DNA of 51,591 nt from Chiloscyllium plagiosum. Its lineage: Eukaryota. The stretch covers positions 2,362,592 through 2,414,182 of the forward strand of contig NC_057755.1 in NCBI RefSeq assembly GCF_004010195.1. Direction: 5' to 3'. Made by a program: the position numbers and the translations under genes. Under the pieces are notes generated by a model. The model worked only from the letters and a program-made list of their open reading frames with translations. It was not told where the DNA came from and made no database searches. Below, piece by piece: positions 25,229 through 36,361 of the stretch; position 1 is the stretch's first letter; each line of letters starts with the position of its first letter.

Positions 25229-26731
25229 TAATTCTGCAACTGTACCCCAGAAACACTGTGGGCTTTCCTGTATCTCAGGCAATGTAGATGTGCAAAAATG
25301 TGGATCTCCAATCCAATCACAAAGGTGATTAGAGCTCGGCAATAAATATTAGTCTGGCCATGAAAGCTCAAATTCCTGTGGCACAGTTAAAAATAACCCC
25401 GATTCCCAAATCTGCACAAGGATATTTCTAAACCCAAGAGATGGCTAGTGTCTCGGGGAATGTTTTGTTTGGCAGAGAGAAGGAGAACTGTCTTGACTGA
25501 AAGGGTGGGTGCTTGGTGCTGAGCGGACAATCCCTATCATCGCTTATTTTACCGAATCCAGTAAATTTCCTAATTCTTAACGGTTTCAAAGTCAGGAGAT
25601 CGACCTTATTGTCTCTGTTGTCTGTGCTGAGTACTGATCTGTGTGTTAATGTTTCAAACTCCAGTAAACTACGCTGATATGAATGGAGAATCCCTTGTCT
25701 TCGAAGCTGGATCAAATTTAGAGTGGATCATTTCATACTTGTGATAATGTACTCAGCATGGGGATGTCCAATCCCAAATAAAGATCTCAAAAGGGAGCAG
25801 TTGGCTGCAGTAGAGAGTTGGCTGTGCATGTGGAGCTCCATTTTCTTTTTTACATTGAAGGGATGTGAGTGTTGCTGGTTTGGTCAACATCTCTATTCAC
25901 AAGGAGAGGAATTGGGGAGAATGAGCCCAAACATTAGCCAGGAAGTTTTGCTTAAACTCTGATAAAATGTATGATTTCTAAACCAGAAAGTTGCAATGAA
26001 CAATGCACCATGGATTCAGGTTTTATTTGTTTCGGACCTGTAGTAAACGATGTATGGCCATGAGGGAGAGTCCCTGTCAAATGTTGCAGTGCTTATGATT
26101 TCAGTGGGTATGCAGATTGTGATATTTTGGTTCGATTCACTGCTGAATGCTTCTTTGGTGCAGATTGTTAGGTTGTTCAGCCCTTTCCATGACAGAGGGA
26201 CTCAATGACCAATCATTTGTTAATCAATATTCATTCCTGGACAGTTTGGAGTGATTTAATGTCATTCATGCAGGGTGGGTATACAATTCGGGGAACAATC
26301 TGAGCTGTGGAGGCTCCAAGACAAAAGACAGAAGTTTTGCAATCAACGTCCATGTTATGTGTATCCCATTTATTTATTTTTTACAGATTTGAGGTGTCAT
26401 GATGGGGATGTTGTGATCTCAGGGGAATCTCCAGCCAGTCTGATTAACCTATAAACCAGGTGAAATCAACCACTACCAACCCCCCAAAAATATCATTGAA
26501 CACATGGCTGTGTTTTCTGTGTGCAATTTGCTGTTCACGTTCTTCGCGTTTTTTTTTTAAAAAGTGCAAATGATTCATTTCGAGAGAGGTTGGTGCTGTG
26601 GTTCAGATTCTTTAAACTTCATATGACACGAAGCAACATTTATCTTTGTGCCATTATTTAATGTTTAGGCTCAGGCATGGAGAATGTTTGATCAGTAACT
26701 TCAAGTCTTTCTCTCTCTCTCTCTATTACAG

Positions 26732-27615
26732 TTAGTCTCGTGGTGATTGTCATCCTAGCTCAGCAGAAGTGTGGTCTTTCTACATGCACCACTCACTATC
26801 TGGTGAACATGGCAGTGTCTGATCTACTGTTCATTATTGTTGATTTCATCCTTCGCCGATTCCCTTACTATTATTATCCACTGTGTTTCCTGGACATCAC
26901 TCCTGTTTGTAGGGTTATCTATGTCCTTCACGTCGTGCTCATTGATTGCTCTGTCTGGTTCACTGTTGCTTTCTCTTTTGACCGATTTGTTGCCATTTGT
27001 TTTCATCAGATGAAAGCTAAGTACTGTACAGAGAAAACTGCATTGAGGGTTGTAGCAGCAATATACATTTTCTTTTCTTGAAAGAACATTCCCAATTACT
27101 TTCGATATATACCTGTAAAGATTATCAACAATGTTCCATGGCACTGTACAATAAATCCCAGTTATGGTAATGACCGGTGGAAAAGTTTTCAATACTTTGA
27201 ACATTTTTTAACACTAATGTTATCATTCAGTTTTATTCTCTTTCTCAACATTCTGACTGCCAGACAAATCTTCGAGGCCGTGAAGGTACATAAGGGACTG
27301 AGGGGTCAGAGAAAAACAGAGAATGACCCAGAGATAGAGAGCAGAAAGAATTCTGTGATTTTACTGTTTGCCATTACCACCAGCTTCATACTTCTGTGGT
27401 TTTTATATGTTTTAAGATTCTTTCGAGCTGGTGATTCCTTGAATTACGCTGACAATGTTCTCTTTGAAGAAGTTGCATATATGTTGCGGAACCTCAGTTG
27501 CTGCACAAATGCACTTATTTATGTGGTGACACAGAAAAAATTCAGAGAACAGTTAAAGTATGCAGCAAAATATCCAGTTGTAAAAATAATTCAATTGGTG
27601 AATAAATCAAAGTAA
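26732..27615 (+). pseudogene. GPR139/GPR142-like GPCR gene 2, exon 2, with one in-frame TGA (27079-27081)
   Basis: Acceptor (CT)nATTACAG ends at 26731. ORF-track pieces 26740-27081 and 27217-27615 are in one frame, and I translated the gap as open after the TGA. Motifs: KCGLSTCTTHYLVNMAVSDL, FSFDRFVAIC, NVPWHC, SCCTNALIY. Exon 1 not located. Confidence 0.85.
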
Positions 27616-28431
27616 ATGGCAGCCAACATTAGCTGCAGCAGAAAATGGAAAGACGAATCCACGTGAGGCATGGTCAGAAGGAGAAGGAGGAACACCAACG
27701 TGACAACACTCATTTTCTAATGGGCAAGGAATGACTCCATCTGAGGGACTAAACAAAAGTGACTGCAGGAACAAAACCAGTGTAAAGTGCTGTCAGCAAA
27801 GAGCAACAGTTAGTAGAAAGCTGAACAACAAAAGCAAAACCCAAAGAGGAGTTGGACATGCACCAAAGATACAGTCATTCCAAGCAATCAGTTCTCAGTA
27901 GGTGACATGGACACATAAATAAATGAGCTGGAGGAAAAGATCATTGTTCACTACAGGCCGAGAGTGGGAAACGCAGCGACAGAGTCCTCTTCACTCTTCC
28001 TCACTGAATTCGCTGATCCACACATCGCAACAAAAGGAGGAAAAAATAAAGATTATTATAAGGAGAAAATAATGTCTTGTAACAAAATTCAGTGTCGTCT
28101 GATTGTAAGTTTAGTTTCAACGGTAATTTACTTCATTTCCATTCAATCCCTGGTATCATTCCGTTTCTTTATTCCTTCCTTTCCCTGAACCAGCTGATGG
28201 GTTGGAGGGGAATCCAAGCCCGAACAGAGAGACTCCTGGACCCTCTATCTGCACCTTCCAAAGACCCAGCTCCCCTTCCAATTTAAGATGCTCGTACAAA
28301 TCTGCCTCTTTATGTCAGTTACTGACACCTGACCTAATATCACCTTCAGTGGGTTCACATTAGCTCAGTTTCTTTTGTCATGATAAAGGTCTTTATAAAA
28401 TGTCTTTGGGGGTTATGTTGAGTTAAAGTGG

Positions 28432-28506
28432 ACAGTGATGGTACTATTGTGGTGAGTACAGCTGCCTTCCAAACAGGTGATCTGGGTTTGATTCCCGGCA
28501 ATGGCA
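28432..28506 (+). tRNA. tRNA-Gly(TCC) pseudogene
   Basis: GTGGTGAGTACAGCTGCCTTCCAAACAGGTGATCTGGGTTTGATTCCCGGC aligns by eye with vertebrate tRNA-Gly-TCC; anticodon at 28468-28470. The T-loop has TTC>TTT and the acceptor stem is broken. Confidence 0.7.
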
Positions 28507-29089
28507 ATTTGTGATCTTGACATTGATCAATCGGAAAACCCAAAGACAAAAGCAATTTGATCAGGATGAGAATATATACAGCTTTCATTCCAAGACAGTA
28601 AAATGCTAAGCAGGAGCTGACAGAGGGCCGTCTGGACTAAAATATTTACCTGCTGCTTTCTCACACACCTCCATCCCACCCCACAAAAAAGACTCTGGCT
28701 ATACTCCATCTCTGTGGGTGGTTTACCACAGGAAGGAGGAGCTGGGAGCTGACTGGATGAGCTGGGACTTGGGTGGACTGAGCGTCTATGAGTGACAGAC
28801 CTGGAGGTATTTCAAACAGGTTCTTGCAGCCACTGTCCCTTTCACCATGTGCACTGAGCAGGGAGTGAATTTCTGTGTGGTTCTGTTGTCTCTGTGTGTG
28901 TGAGTGTTGGGAGTGTTTGAATCTCAATTCCAGTTTGACCATTTAATACACTCCCCATTCCCTCCCCAAACCAGCCTCTCCTAAAGCAAGTCCCTGCAGC
29001 AGAGTCTGTCCCCAATGGGAAAGAGGGAGTCTCAGAGATCATCGAGGGAGCTGGGACCAACCTGAATGGAGAGTATCACCACTTTAATC

Positions 29090-29360
29090 TCATTATACCT
29101 TTCCTTAACTCCTGTTTATCTCTCTCTGAGCTTTCCTCATTTCTCTCTCGTCTCTATCTCTCTCATTCTCCACATCTCTCCCTCAATCGTTTTTTGTCTC
29201 TCACACTATCTCTCTATTTCTAATGACTGCCTTTCCTTTTGTCTTTTTCTCTCCCATTTCTTTGTACACATTTGTGGATATTTTTCCCACTCGTTTCCTT
29301 TCTTTCTTCTTGTTTCACCTTCTCTCTGTCTTTCTTTCCTTCCCTATTTCTGTCTTTCAA
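29090..29360. repeat. CT-rich low-complexity tract
   Basis: Almost purely pyrimidine TCTC/TTTC runs. Confidence 0.8.
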
Positions 29361-29699
29361 TCCTGAAACTGCAGCCCTCCCATGCCAATTTCACACACCC
29401 AACCCTGGCAATTTTTGCAGTCCCACAAAATTAGCACCTCCCCCTTCCATGGCCCCTCTCTGTATGTCTTCATCTCCCCTGAACGGCCAATTCTGTCGTT
29501 CCTCCATTACACACACACACTTTATCAGAGACCCTATATGTCTCCATCCATCCGCAATACTCCCCATGCCGTGTCCCAGCCTTTGGGTTAGATGACAAAG
29601 GGAGCATTGCAGAGAATAACCTGTCTTCTGATTGCCGACCATAATGTCATCGAGCCACAGAGTCATAGAGCACAGAAACAGATCTTTCGGGCCAAGCTG

Positions 29700-29945
29700 T
29701 CCACTCTAGAGGCATGGCACTCATTCACTGTTTCAACCAACAAACACATCGACCTGGACCCAATCTTCTGGCCACTGCAGCGGACAGCGGGAACTGTCAA
29801 CCGGAAGCGACAAATTCAAACCACTTTCAATGCGGAGGAAAGATCACAGAAGCGCTTCACAGGGAGCTCCCAAGCACTGAGGATGCAACCTAGACAGGGG
29901 ACGAAATGTCTGCAACACAAATTCCCAGCTCAGCGAACAGAACCA
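29700..29945 (+). mobile_element. Penelope-like element 3' end (C-terminus of the GIY-YIG ORF plus pseudo-LTR)
   Basis: Peptide LEAWHS..STNKHIDLDPIFWPLQ resembles the PLE endonuclease C-terminus, and a hammerhead motif follows. Confidence 0.75.
29874..29913 (+). ncRNA. Minimal type I hammerhead ribozyme motif (partly decayed)
   Basis: GCA-CTGAGGA-T-GCAACC TAGACA GGGGAC-GAAA-TGTC-TGC. Core boxes are intact, with a 3-bp stem I (GCA/TGC), a GUC cleavage triplet and an imperfect stem II. Confidence 0.65.
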
Positions 29946-31570
29946 TCTTATACTCAATACCCCGTCGACGAAGGCAAGCATAACAATTGCCTTCTTGACC
30001 ACTCTATCCACCTGTGCAGTAACCTTCAGGTAAAATGGACAATAACTCCCAGATTTCTCTGCTCATCAACTTTTGCCAAGGGTCTTCCGTTTACTGTATA
30101 ATTCACTCTGGTATTGGACTTCCCAAAATGCACCACCTCACGTTTGCCTGGATTTATTGGACTTCCCAAAATGCACCACCTCACGTTTGCCTGGATTAAA
30201 CTCCATCTGCAACTTCTCCGCACAACTCTCCAGGCTATTTATATTCTCCCGCATTCATTGACAGTCCCCAATGCTTTCTGCTACTCCACCAATCTTCGTG
30301 TCATCTGCAAACCTGCTGATCATACCAACAGTTCCCTCTTCATGATCACTTATGTATATTACAAGCAGTGGCCCCAACACTGACCCCTGTGGAGCACCAC
30401 TGGTCACCTTTCTCTAATACGAGTCCCTTGAACTACTATTCTTAGTCTCCTGCTGCTCAACCAGTTCTTTATTCACTTGGCTAGAACACCCTGCACACCA
30501 CGTGACTTCACTTTCTCCATTGGATTACTTTGGGGAACCTTATCAATCGCCTGAAAGTCCGTGTATATGACATCCGCAGTCCTTCCTTCATCTATCAACT
30601 TGGTAACTTCCTGAAAGAACTCTATTAAGCTGGTAAGGCACGATCTCCCCCGCATAAAATCATGTTGACTATCACTGATTAGCCCATTCTTTTCCAAATA
30701 GATTTTATCCCTCAGTATCGATTTTATCCCTCAGTACCTTCTCCAGCAACTTTCCCACCACTGACGTCAGGCTCACTGGTCTGTCCTTGCCCGGACTTGT
30801 CAAAGGCTTTGCTGAAGTCCAAGTAAACAATGTTGACCACTCTTCCCACATCAATCTTTTTGGTCACTTCTTAAAAAAACTCAATCAAATTGGTGAGACA
30901 TCAATTTCCTCACACAAAACCATGCTGACTATCCCTGTTCAATCCTTTCCCTTCAAAATGCATATAAATCCTATCTTTCAGAATCACCTCCAACAACTTA
31001 TCAACCACCGAAGTCAGACTCACAGGTTTATAGTTTCCTGGCTTCTCCTTCCATCCCTTCTTAAACAATGGCACAACATTAGCAACCTTTTAGTCCTCTG
31101 GTATTTCACCCGTGTTTATAGATGATACAAATATTTCTGCCGGGACATCGAAATTTCCTCCCTAACATCCCACCATGTCCTGCCAAACATTTGATCAGGT
31201 CTTGGAGATTTCTCTATCTTCAGCATTTTCTCTTCTGTAATGCAATCCCTGTTTTCAAAACATCAATATTTATTTCTTTGAGTTCTCTTGTCTCCATTCT
31301 CTTCTCAACAATAAAAACTGATACAAAATATTCATTTCCTGAGGTTCAGCACAAAAATAACCTTGTTAATCCTTAAGGGGTCTTGCTCTCTCTGGAGTTA
31401 CTGTCTGGCTCTTAATGTCGTTGTAGAATCTTTTTGGATTTTCCTGAACATTTTCTGCCAGGGCTATCTCTCATCGGTTTTTTCCTTCATTATTTCTTTC
31501 CAAAGAATGCCCCAATACTCTTTTGAGCCTTCAACAGATTCAGTTGATCGCAATTGCCTGTGTCTAACAT
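29946..31570 (-). mobile_element. CR1 LINE RT fragments (at least two copies), including a 43-bp tandem duplication at 30112-30197
   Basis: GLISDSQHDFMRGRSCLTSLIEFFQEVTKLIDEGRTADVIYTDF. Confidence 0.85.
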
Positions 31571-32258
31571 TTAGGTAAAAATAAGGACTGCAGGTGCTGA
31601 AAACCAGAGTCTAGATTAGAGTGGTGCTGGAAAAGTACAGCAGGCCAGGCAGCATCCGAGGAGCAGGAAAATCAACATTTCGAGCAAAAGCGCTTCATCG
31701 GAAATGAAGGCAGGGAGCCTCCGGGATGGAGAGATAAATGGGAGGGGGGTGGGGCTGGGGAGAAGGCAGCCAAGAGTACAGTAGGTTAGATTAGATTACT
31801 TTACAGTGTGGAAACAAGCCCTTCGGCCCAACAAGTCCACACCGACCCGCCGAAGCGCACCCACCCAGACCCATTCCCCTACATTTACCCCTGCACCTAA
31901 CACTATAGGCAATTTAGCGTGGCCAATTCACCTAATCTGCAGATTTTTTGGAGTGTGGGAGGAAACCGGAGCACCCGGAGGACCCTCATGACCTTTCAGA
32001 ACCTGCCTATCTTCCTTTCCACCTATCCAATTCATTCTCCTCTCTGACCTCCCACCTCTGTCCCCACCCACATTCACCTGTTATTCTCAATGCTACTTTC
32101 TCCCACCCCAACCCCCCTCTGATTTATCTCCCCACTCTGCAGACACCTTGCCTCTATTCCTGATGAAGGGCTTTTGCCCAACACGTCAGTGTTCCTGCTC
32201 CGTAGATGCTGCCTGACCTGCTGTGTTTTTCCAGCACCACTCTAATCTAGACCCTGGA
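31571..32258. mobile_element. Non-autonomous Penelope-like insertion: inverted pseudo-LTRs, each with a hammerhead motif, a central V-SINE piece (31787-31983, minus) and 8-bp flanking direct repeats
   Basis: 31610-31786 and ~32070-32251 are reverse complements. Motifs CCGATGA-A-GCGC TTTT GCTC-GAAATGTT (minus, 31701-31674) and CTGATGA-A-GGGC TTTT GCCC-AACACGTC (plus, 32160-32187). TCTAACAT at 31563-31570 and 32259-32266. Confidence 0.75.
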
Positions 32259-32266
32259 TCTAACAT

Positions 32267-33720
32267 ATGATTCCTTTTAATACTTGACTAGAACTTCAAT
32301 ACCTTTATTCTTACGTTGTTCCCGAATCTCACCAGCCTTGCCTTTCACTCTGACAGGAGCAACATGCTCTGAACGCTCCTGACCACACTTTTCCACATGG
32401 CGCCATATTAGGAAAATTAAACTACCCTGCTATTACAATGCTATTATTCTTACATACATTTGAGATCTCAACATATTTTCATCTTGATTTCTCTCTGACT
32501 ACTGGGTCCTGTAGTCCAATCCCATCAAGTTGATCATCCCTTTCTTATTTCCCATTTCAAACGGTAGATTTTCATTAAATGGTTTCTCAGCAATAGCTAC
32601 AGTAAGTACAGTAGTAATTGAGTGTCTGCGATTCCATGTCTAAACACCCAAAACTCCTCCATTAGATTCCAGTCTGTAGTTCACTCCCCAGCACTGATTA
32701 ATCAATTATGAACCACACCATAACCCCGAATATACTCCATTCTGCAACTCACTCTCTGGTACTTCTTTCTCTGTATATTAATCCCCCTCCTCTCTTCCTC
32801 AATAAAAAATGCTATTCCCCTCTCTTACCTCTCTTTCCATCCTTCCTAAAGCATCTAAAACACAGAACATTGAGCAGCCTGTCTTGTCCTTGCTTCAGGA
32901 ATGTTTCTGTAATAGCTCTGACAGGCGAGTTATATTTTGTCATACACACCCTGAGTTCATCAGCCTTATCGTGCAGAAATAAATGCAGTTTAATTCTTCA
33001 GAGTTACTTTGGCTCTGTATTGCTGTTGTCTATCATTCTGATTAATCTGCTCTTTTCTGATTCAGAACCATCCTCATCTTTCTGTCCATTTGAACTGTTA
33101 CGTTGGAAAGTCCCATCCTCCCCCCTTCCCAAAAGAAAGGGCTTACAGCCTCTCGAAACAGAACCCACCAGGATATAGGTACCTTCCCAGTTCAGGTGAA
33201 TCTCTTTTCTAACAAGCCGTTTCTGTCCCAGAAGAGATCCCGATGACCCTGGAAATGGTATCCCTACACATTGCACTACCTCTTCAGGTAGAGATCCCAA
33301 TGATCCTAGAAATGGTATCCCTACACATCTCACTACCTCTTCAGGTATTGATTTATCTGCCCTATTTATTGATATTTCTTCCCTTCTTAGAAATTGAGAC
33401 TGGAAGTAAACCAGAGATTACTACTTGTGATGTTCTGTTTCTCTAACCTTCTAGCTAAGCTTTTATACTCACTCTGCAAAGCCCAAACCCTTGCCCTGAC
33501 GATGTCATTTCCCCTAATGTATACAACAACTTCCGGCTTCTCACTCTCCCCTTTGACATTCTGCTTCAAATGTTTTGAGATGTCCTTCACCCTAGCACCA
33601 GAAAAGCAGCATCCCATCCTCGATTCATGCCTACTGCTGCTAAATCTCTCCTCTGTGCCCCTGATAGGTCAGTCTCCTGGAACAATTGTTCTTTTCAATC
33701 TTGACAAACCTATTTAAAAT
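32267..33720 (-). mobile_element. Decayed CR1 5' part (endonuclease and esterase ORF1), with a 57-bp tandem duplication at 33233-33347
   Basis: GCCFSGARVKDISKHLKQNVKGESEKPEVVVYIRGNDIV; IHLNWEGTYILVG. Confidence 0.8.
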
Positions 33721-33774
33721 GATTCATTTTGCTGCTCAAGATCTGACTCCTACTTCTGATTTCCTCTGAGAGAC

Positions 33775-34262
33775 TTGAATACCCTTGCCAACTTTGATAG
33801 TTGCACCATCGAGAGCACTCTGTCTGGATATATCACTACCTGGTGTGGCAATTGTACCATTCAAGATCAGATACAGTTACAGAGAATGGTGAATTCGGCC
33901 TGGACAAAGGCCAACATCCCATGTAAAGAATCCATCTACACGTCCCGCTGTCAAGGAAAGGCCGGCAGCATTCTCAAAGATTCATTCCACCTTGGCAATG
34001 TTTTTCTATAACTTCTACCATCAGGAAGAAGGTACAGAAGCCTGAACACATACACCAGCCGGTTTCAAAACAGTTTCTAACCTGCTGTTGTTAGAATACC
34101 GATTGGACTCACAAGCTCATTGCATTCGCCTATCCCTGTGTTTTTGTTTTTTTTGACGCTGTTAACCTATTATTTACTTATCTATTCTAATTAACTCTGT
34201 GGTCTGCCTGTACTGCTAGGGAGAAAAAGCTTTTCACTTTATGTCTAGCGGCCATAATGAAT
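33775..34262 (+). mobile_element. Rex1/Babar-type LINE 3' fragment
   Basis: TLANFDSCTIESTLSGYITTWCGNC..LQRMVNSA..SIYTSRCQGKAGSILKDSFH, then LPSGRRYRSL, match the Rex/Babar RT C-terminal pattern. Confidence 0.8.
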
Positions 34263-34859
34263 GAATTAAAGTACTTTTTTTTTTAGAGAAATGTCCCACT
34301 GGGTCACTTTATCTCCTTTCATCATTTTGTAGCAAGATTGCACCCACACCCTGATATACCAACATGAATTACTTCAATAAAATAAAGTTGAAGAACACAC
34401 AACACCAGGTTATAGCCGAATGTTGTGTGATTTTTAACTTTGTGCACCCCAATCCAACACCAGCACCTCCAAATCATAACTATGATACGATGATATAGGA
34501 CAAGTGTACCTGTTAGGAACTACAGAAGGAAGAAAACATTTAGCACAAATATTCTTAGTGTCCAGGGAGGAGCGGGCTGGAGTGGGTTGACCATGGGAAA
34601 TGAAGGTTATAGTGGAAGGGTAGGGAGGTGGGTTTAGGTGAATGATCCTTGGAGGGGCAGTGCACACTCAATGGGCCAAATGGTCTCCATCTGCACTGCA
34701 GAGATTCTCTGATTCTCAGTTAGCTTGATTGTTGCTTTGTGATACAGAGCTAACAGCAGGGGCTGTGATACGCCATACCTGCCGATGTCACCCGAAGGTC
34801 TTACTTTCCCAACCCTGTGGGAGCCCCCAATGTGTACTCACCAGCAGTTGCCTGTCCAC

Positions 34860-35668
34860 AGTGACAGAGTGATTCTCCAGGGCATTAGTGACTGGGTCAG
34901 TGGCAAAGACACAGTGGAGTCATCTAATGCCCCCAGGGGTCAGTGAGAGAGACACAGTTGAGTAAGTCTAATGACCCCAGGGGTCAGAGACAGAGAATCA
35001 GTTTGGTCAGTCTAATGTCCCCAGAGGTCAGTCACAGAGACACAGTGGGGTCACTGTAATGTCCCCGGGGTCAGTGACAGAGACACAGTGGGGTCAGTCT
35101 AATGTCCCCAGGGGTCAGTGACAGAGACACAGTGGGGTTAGTCTAATGCCCCCGGGGTCAGTGACAGAGAAACAGTGGGGGTCTGTGTAATGCTCCCAGT
35201 GGTCAGTGACAGAGATACAGTGGAGTCTGTATAATGTCCCCAGGGATCAGTGACAGAGACACAGTGGGGTTTGTGTAATGCCCCCAGTGGTCAGTGACAG
35301 AGACACAGTGAGGTCAGTCTAATGTCCCCAGGGGTCAGTGACAGAGACACAGTGGGGTTAGTCTAATGCCCCCGGGGTCAGTGACAGAGAAACAGTGGGG
35401 GTCTGTGTAATGCTCCCAGTGGTCAGTGACAGAGACACAGTGGAGTCTGTATAATGTCCCCAGGGGTCAGTGACAGAGACACAGTCGGGTCAGTCTAATG
35501 CCCCCGGGGTCAGTGACAGAGACACAGTGGGGTCTGTGTAATGCACCCAGGGGTCAGTGACAGAGACACAGTGGGGTCAGTCTAATGTCCCCAGGGGTCA
35601 GTGACAGAGACACAGTGGGGTCAGTCTAATGCCCCCAGGCGTCAGTGACAGTGACACAGTGGGGTCAT
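34860..35668. repeat. 43-45-bp minisatellite (GGGGTCAGTGACAGAGACACAGTGGGGTCAGTCTAATGTCCCCA), about 18 copies
   Basis: Direct periodicity; variant-specific repeat at offset 220 (35101 vs 35321). Confidence 0.95.
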
Positions 35669-35689
35669 TTCCCTCTCCTTCCCCCTTCC

Positions 35690-36000
35690 ACTTGTGGACA
35701 GGGTTCAGAATGCCTTTCCTCAAGGATTCGGACTTGCTCCAAGTCATGCTCTCGTATACCACAGGAGAATCATGGCTGGTCAAGTCCTGCAGAGACAAAT
35801 ACAAGTCATTGGATCATTGCTTCTGGGAGTGTTATTCTTCTGAAAGGATTCTCCAGGGTGTGTGGTTTGTCTAGCCCCTTCGATGTACCATTTTCGGTTG
35901 TCTCCGTGATGTAGAGTGGGAGTGGATTGGAGGTCATGCTGTTTGTGAACTTCACTACATACAATCCAGCAAAAAACAATTCTCTGATCTTCAAAAATAT
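35690..36000 (+). mobile_element. Possible Tx1/L1 ORF2 C-terminal zinc-knuckle remnant
   Basis: Peptide SC..KSLDHCFWEC resembles the zf-RVT HxFWEC motif; short and degraded. Confidence 0.35.
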
Positions 36001-36361
36001 CGGACTGTGAGGGAGCGAGTGAAGAGATTGCTGGGCCAAAGGTGGCAAATGGGACTAGATTAGGTTGGGATATCTGGTCAGCATGAACGAGTTGGACTGA
36101 AGGGTCTGTTTTGGGAGAAAGTGAGGGCTGCAGGTGCTGGAGATCAGAGCTGAAAATGTGTTGCTGGAAAAGCGCATGACTCTCTGACTTGATGAAATAT
36201 TCACATCAACAACCATGGGTGGAGCAGAGAGTGGAGGGTGGCTGACGTGGCACCATTATTTGTGAATGTTAGTAAGGAAAAGCTGGGGAACTATAGACCA
36301 ATGGGTTTGTCAGCATTGGTGGGTAAGCTTTCACAGAAATAAAGTAACATGAACAAATTTG

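Noticed and set aside
23077..26730. Candidate first exons for gene 2 (GT sites near 23340, 23586, 24560 and 25866)
   Set aside because: None gives an ATG-initiated TM1-like peptide ending in phase 1.
27079..27081. TGA as selenocysteine or programmed readthrough
   Set aside because: The paralog has Leu here rather than Cys, I saw no SECIS-like element, and the context is not the TGA-CTAG readthrough motif.
34900..35665. Immunoglobulin/TCR recombination signal array
   Set aside because: Heptamer only, with no ACAAAAACC nonamer and no V, D or J coding segments.
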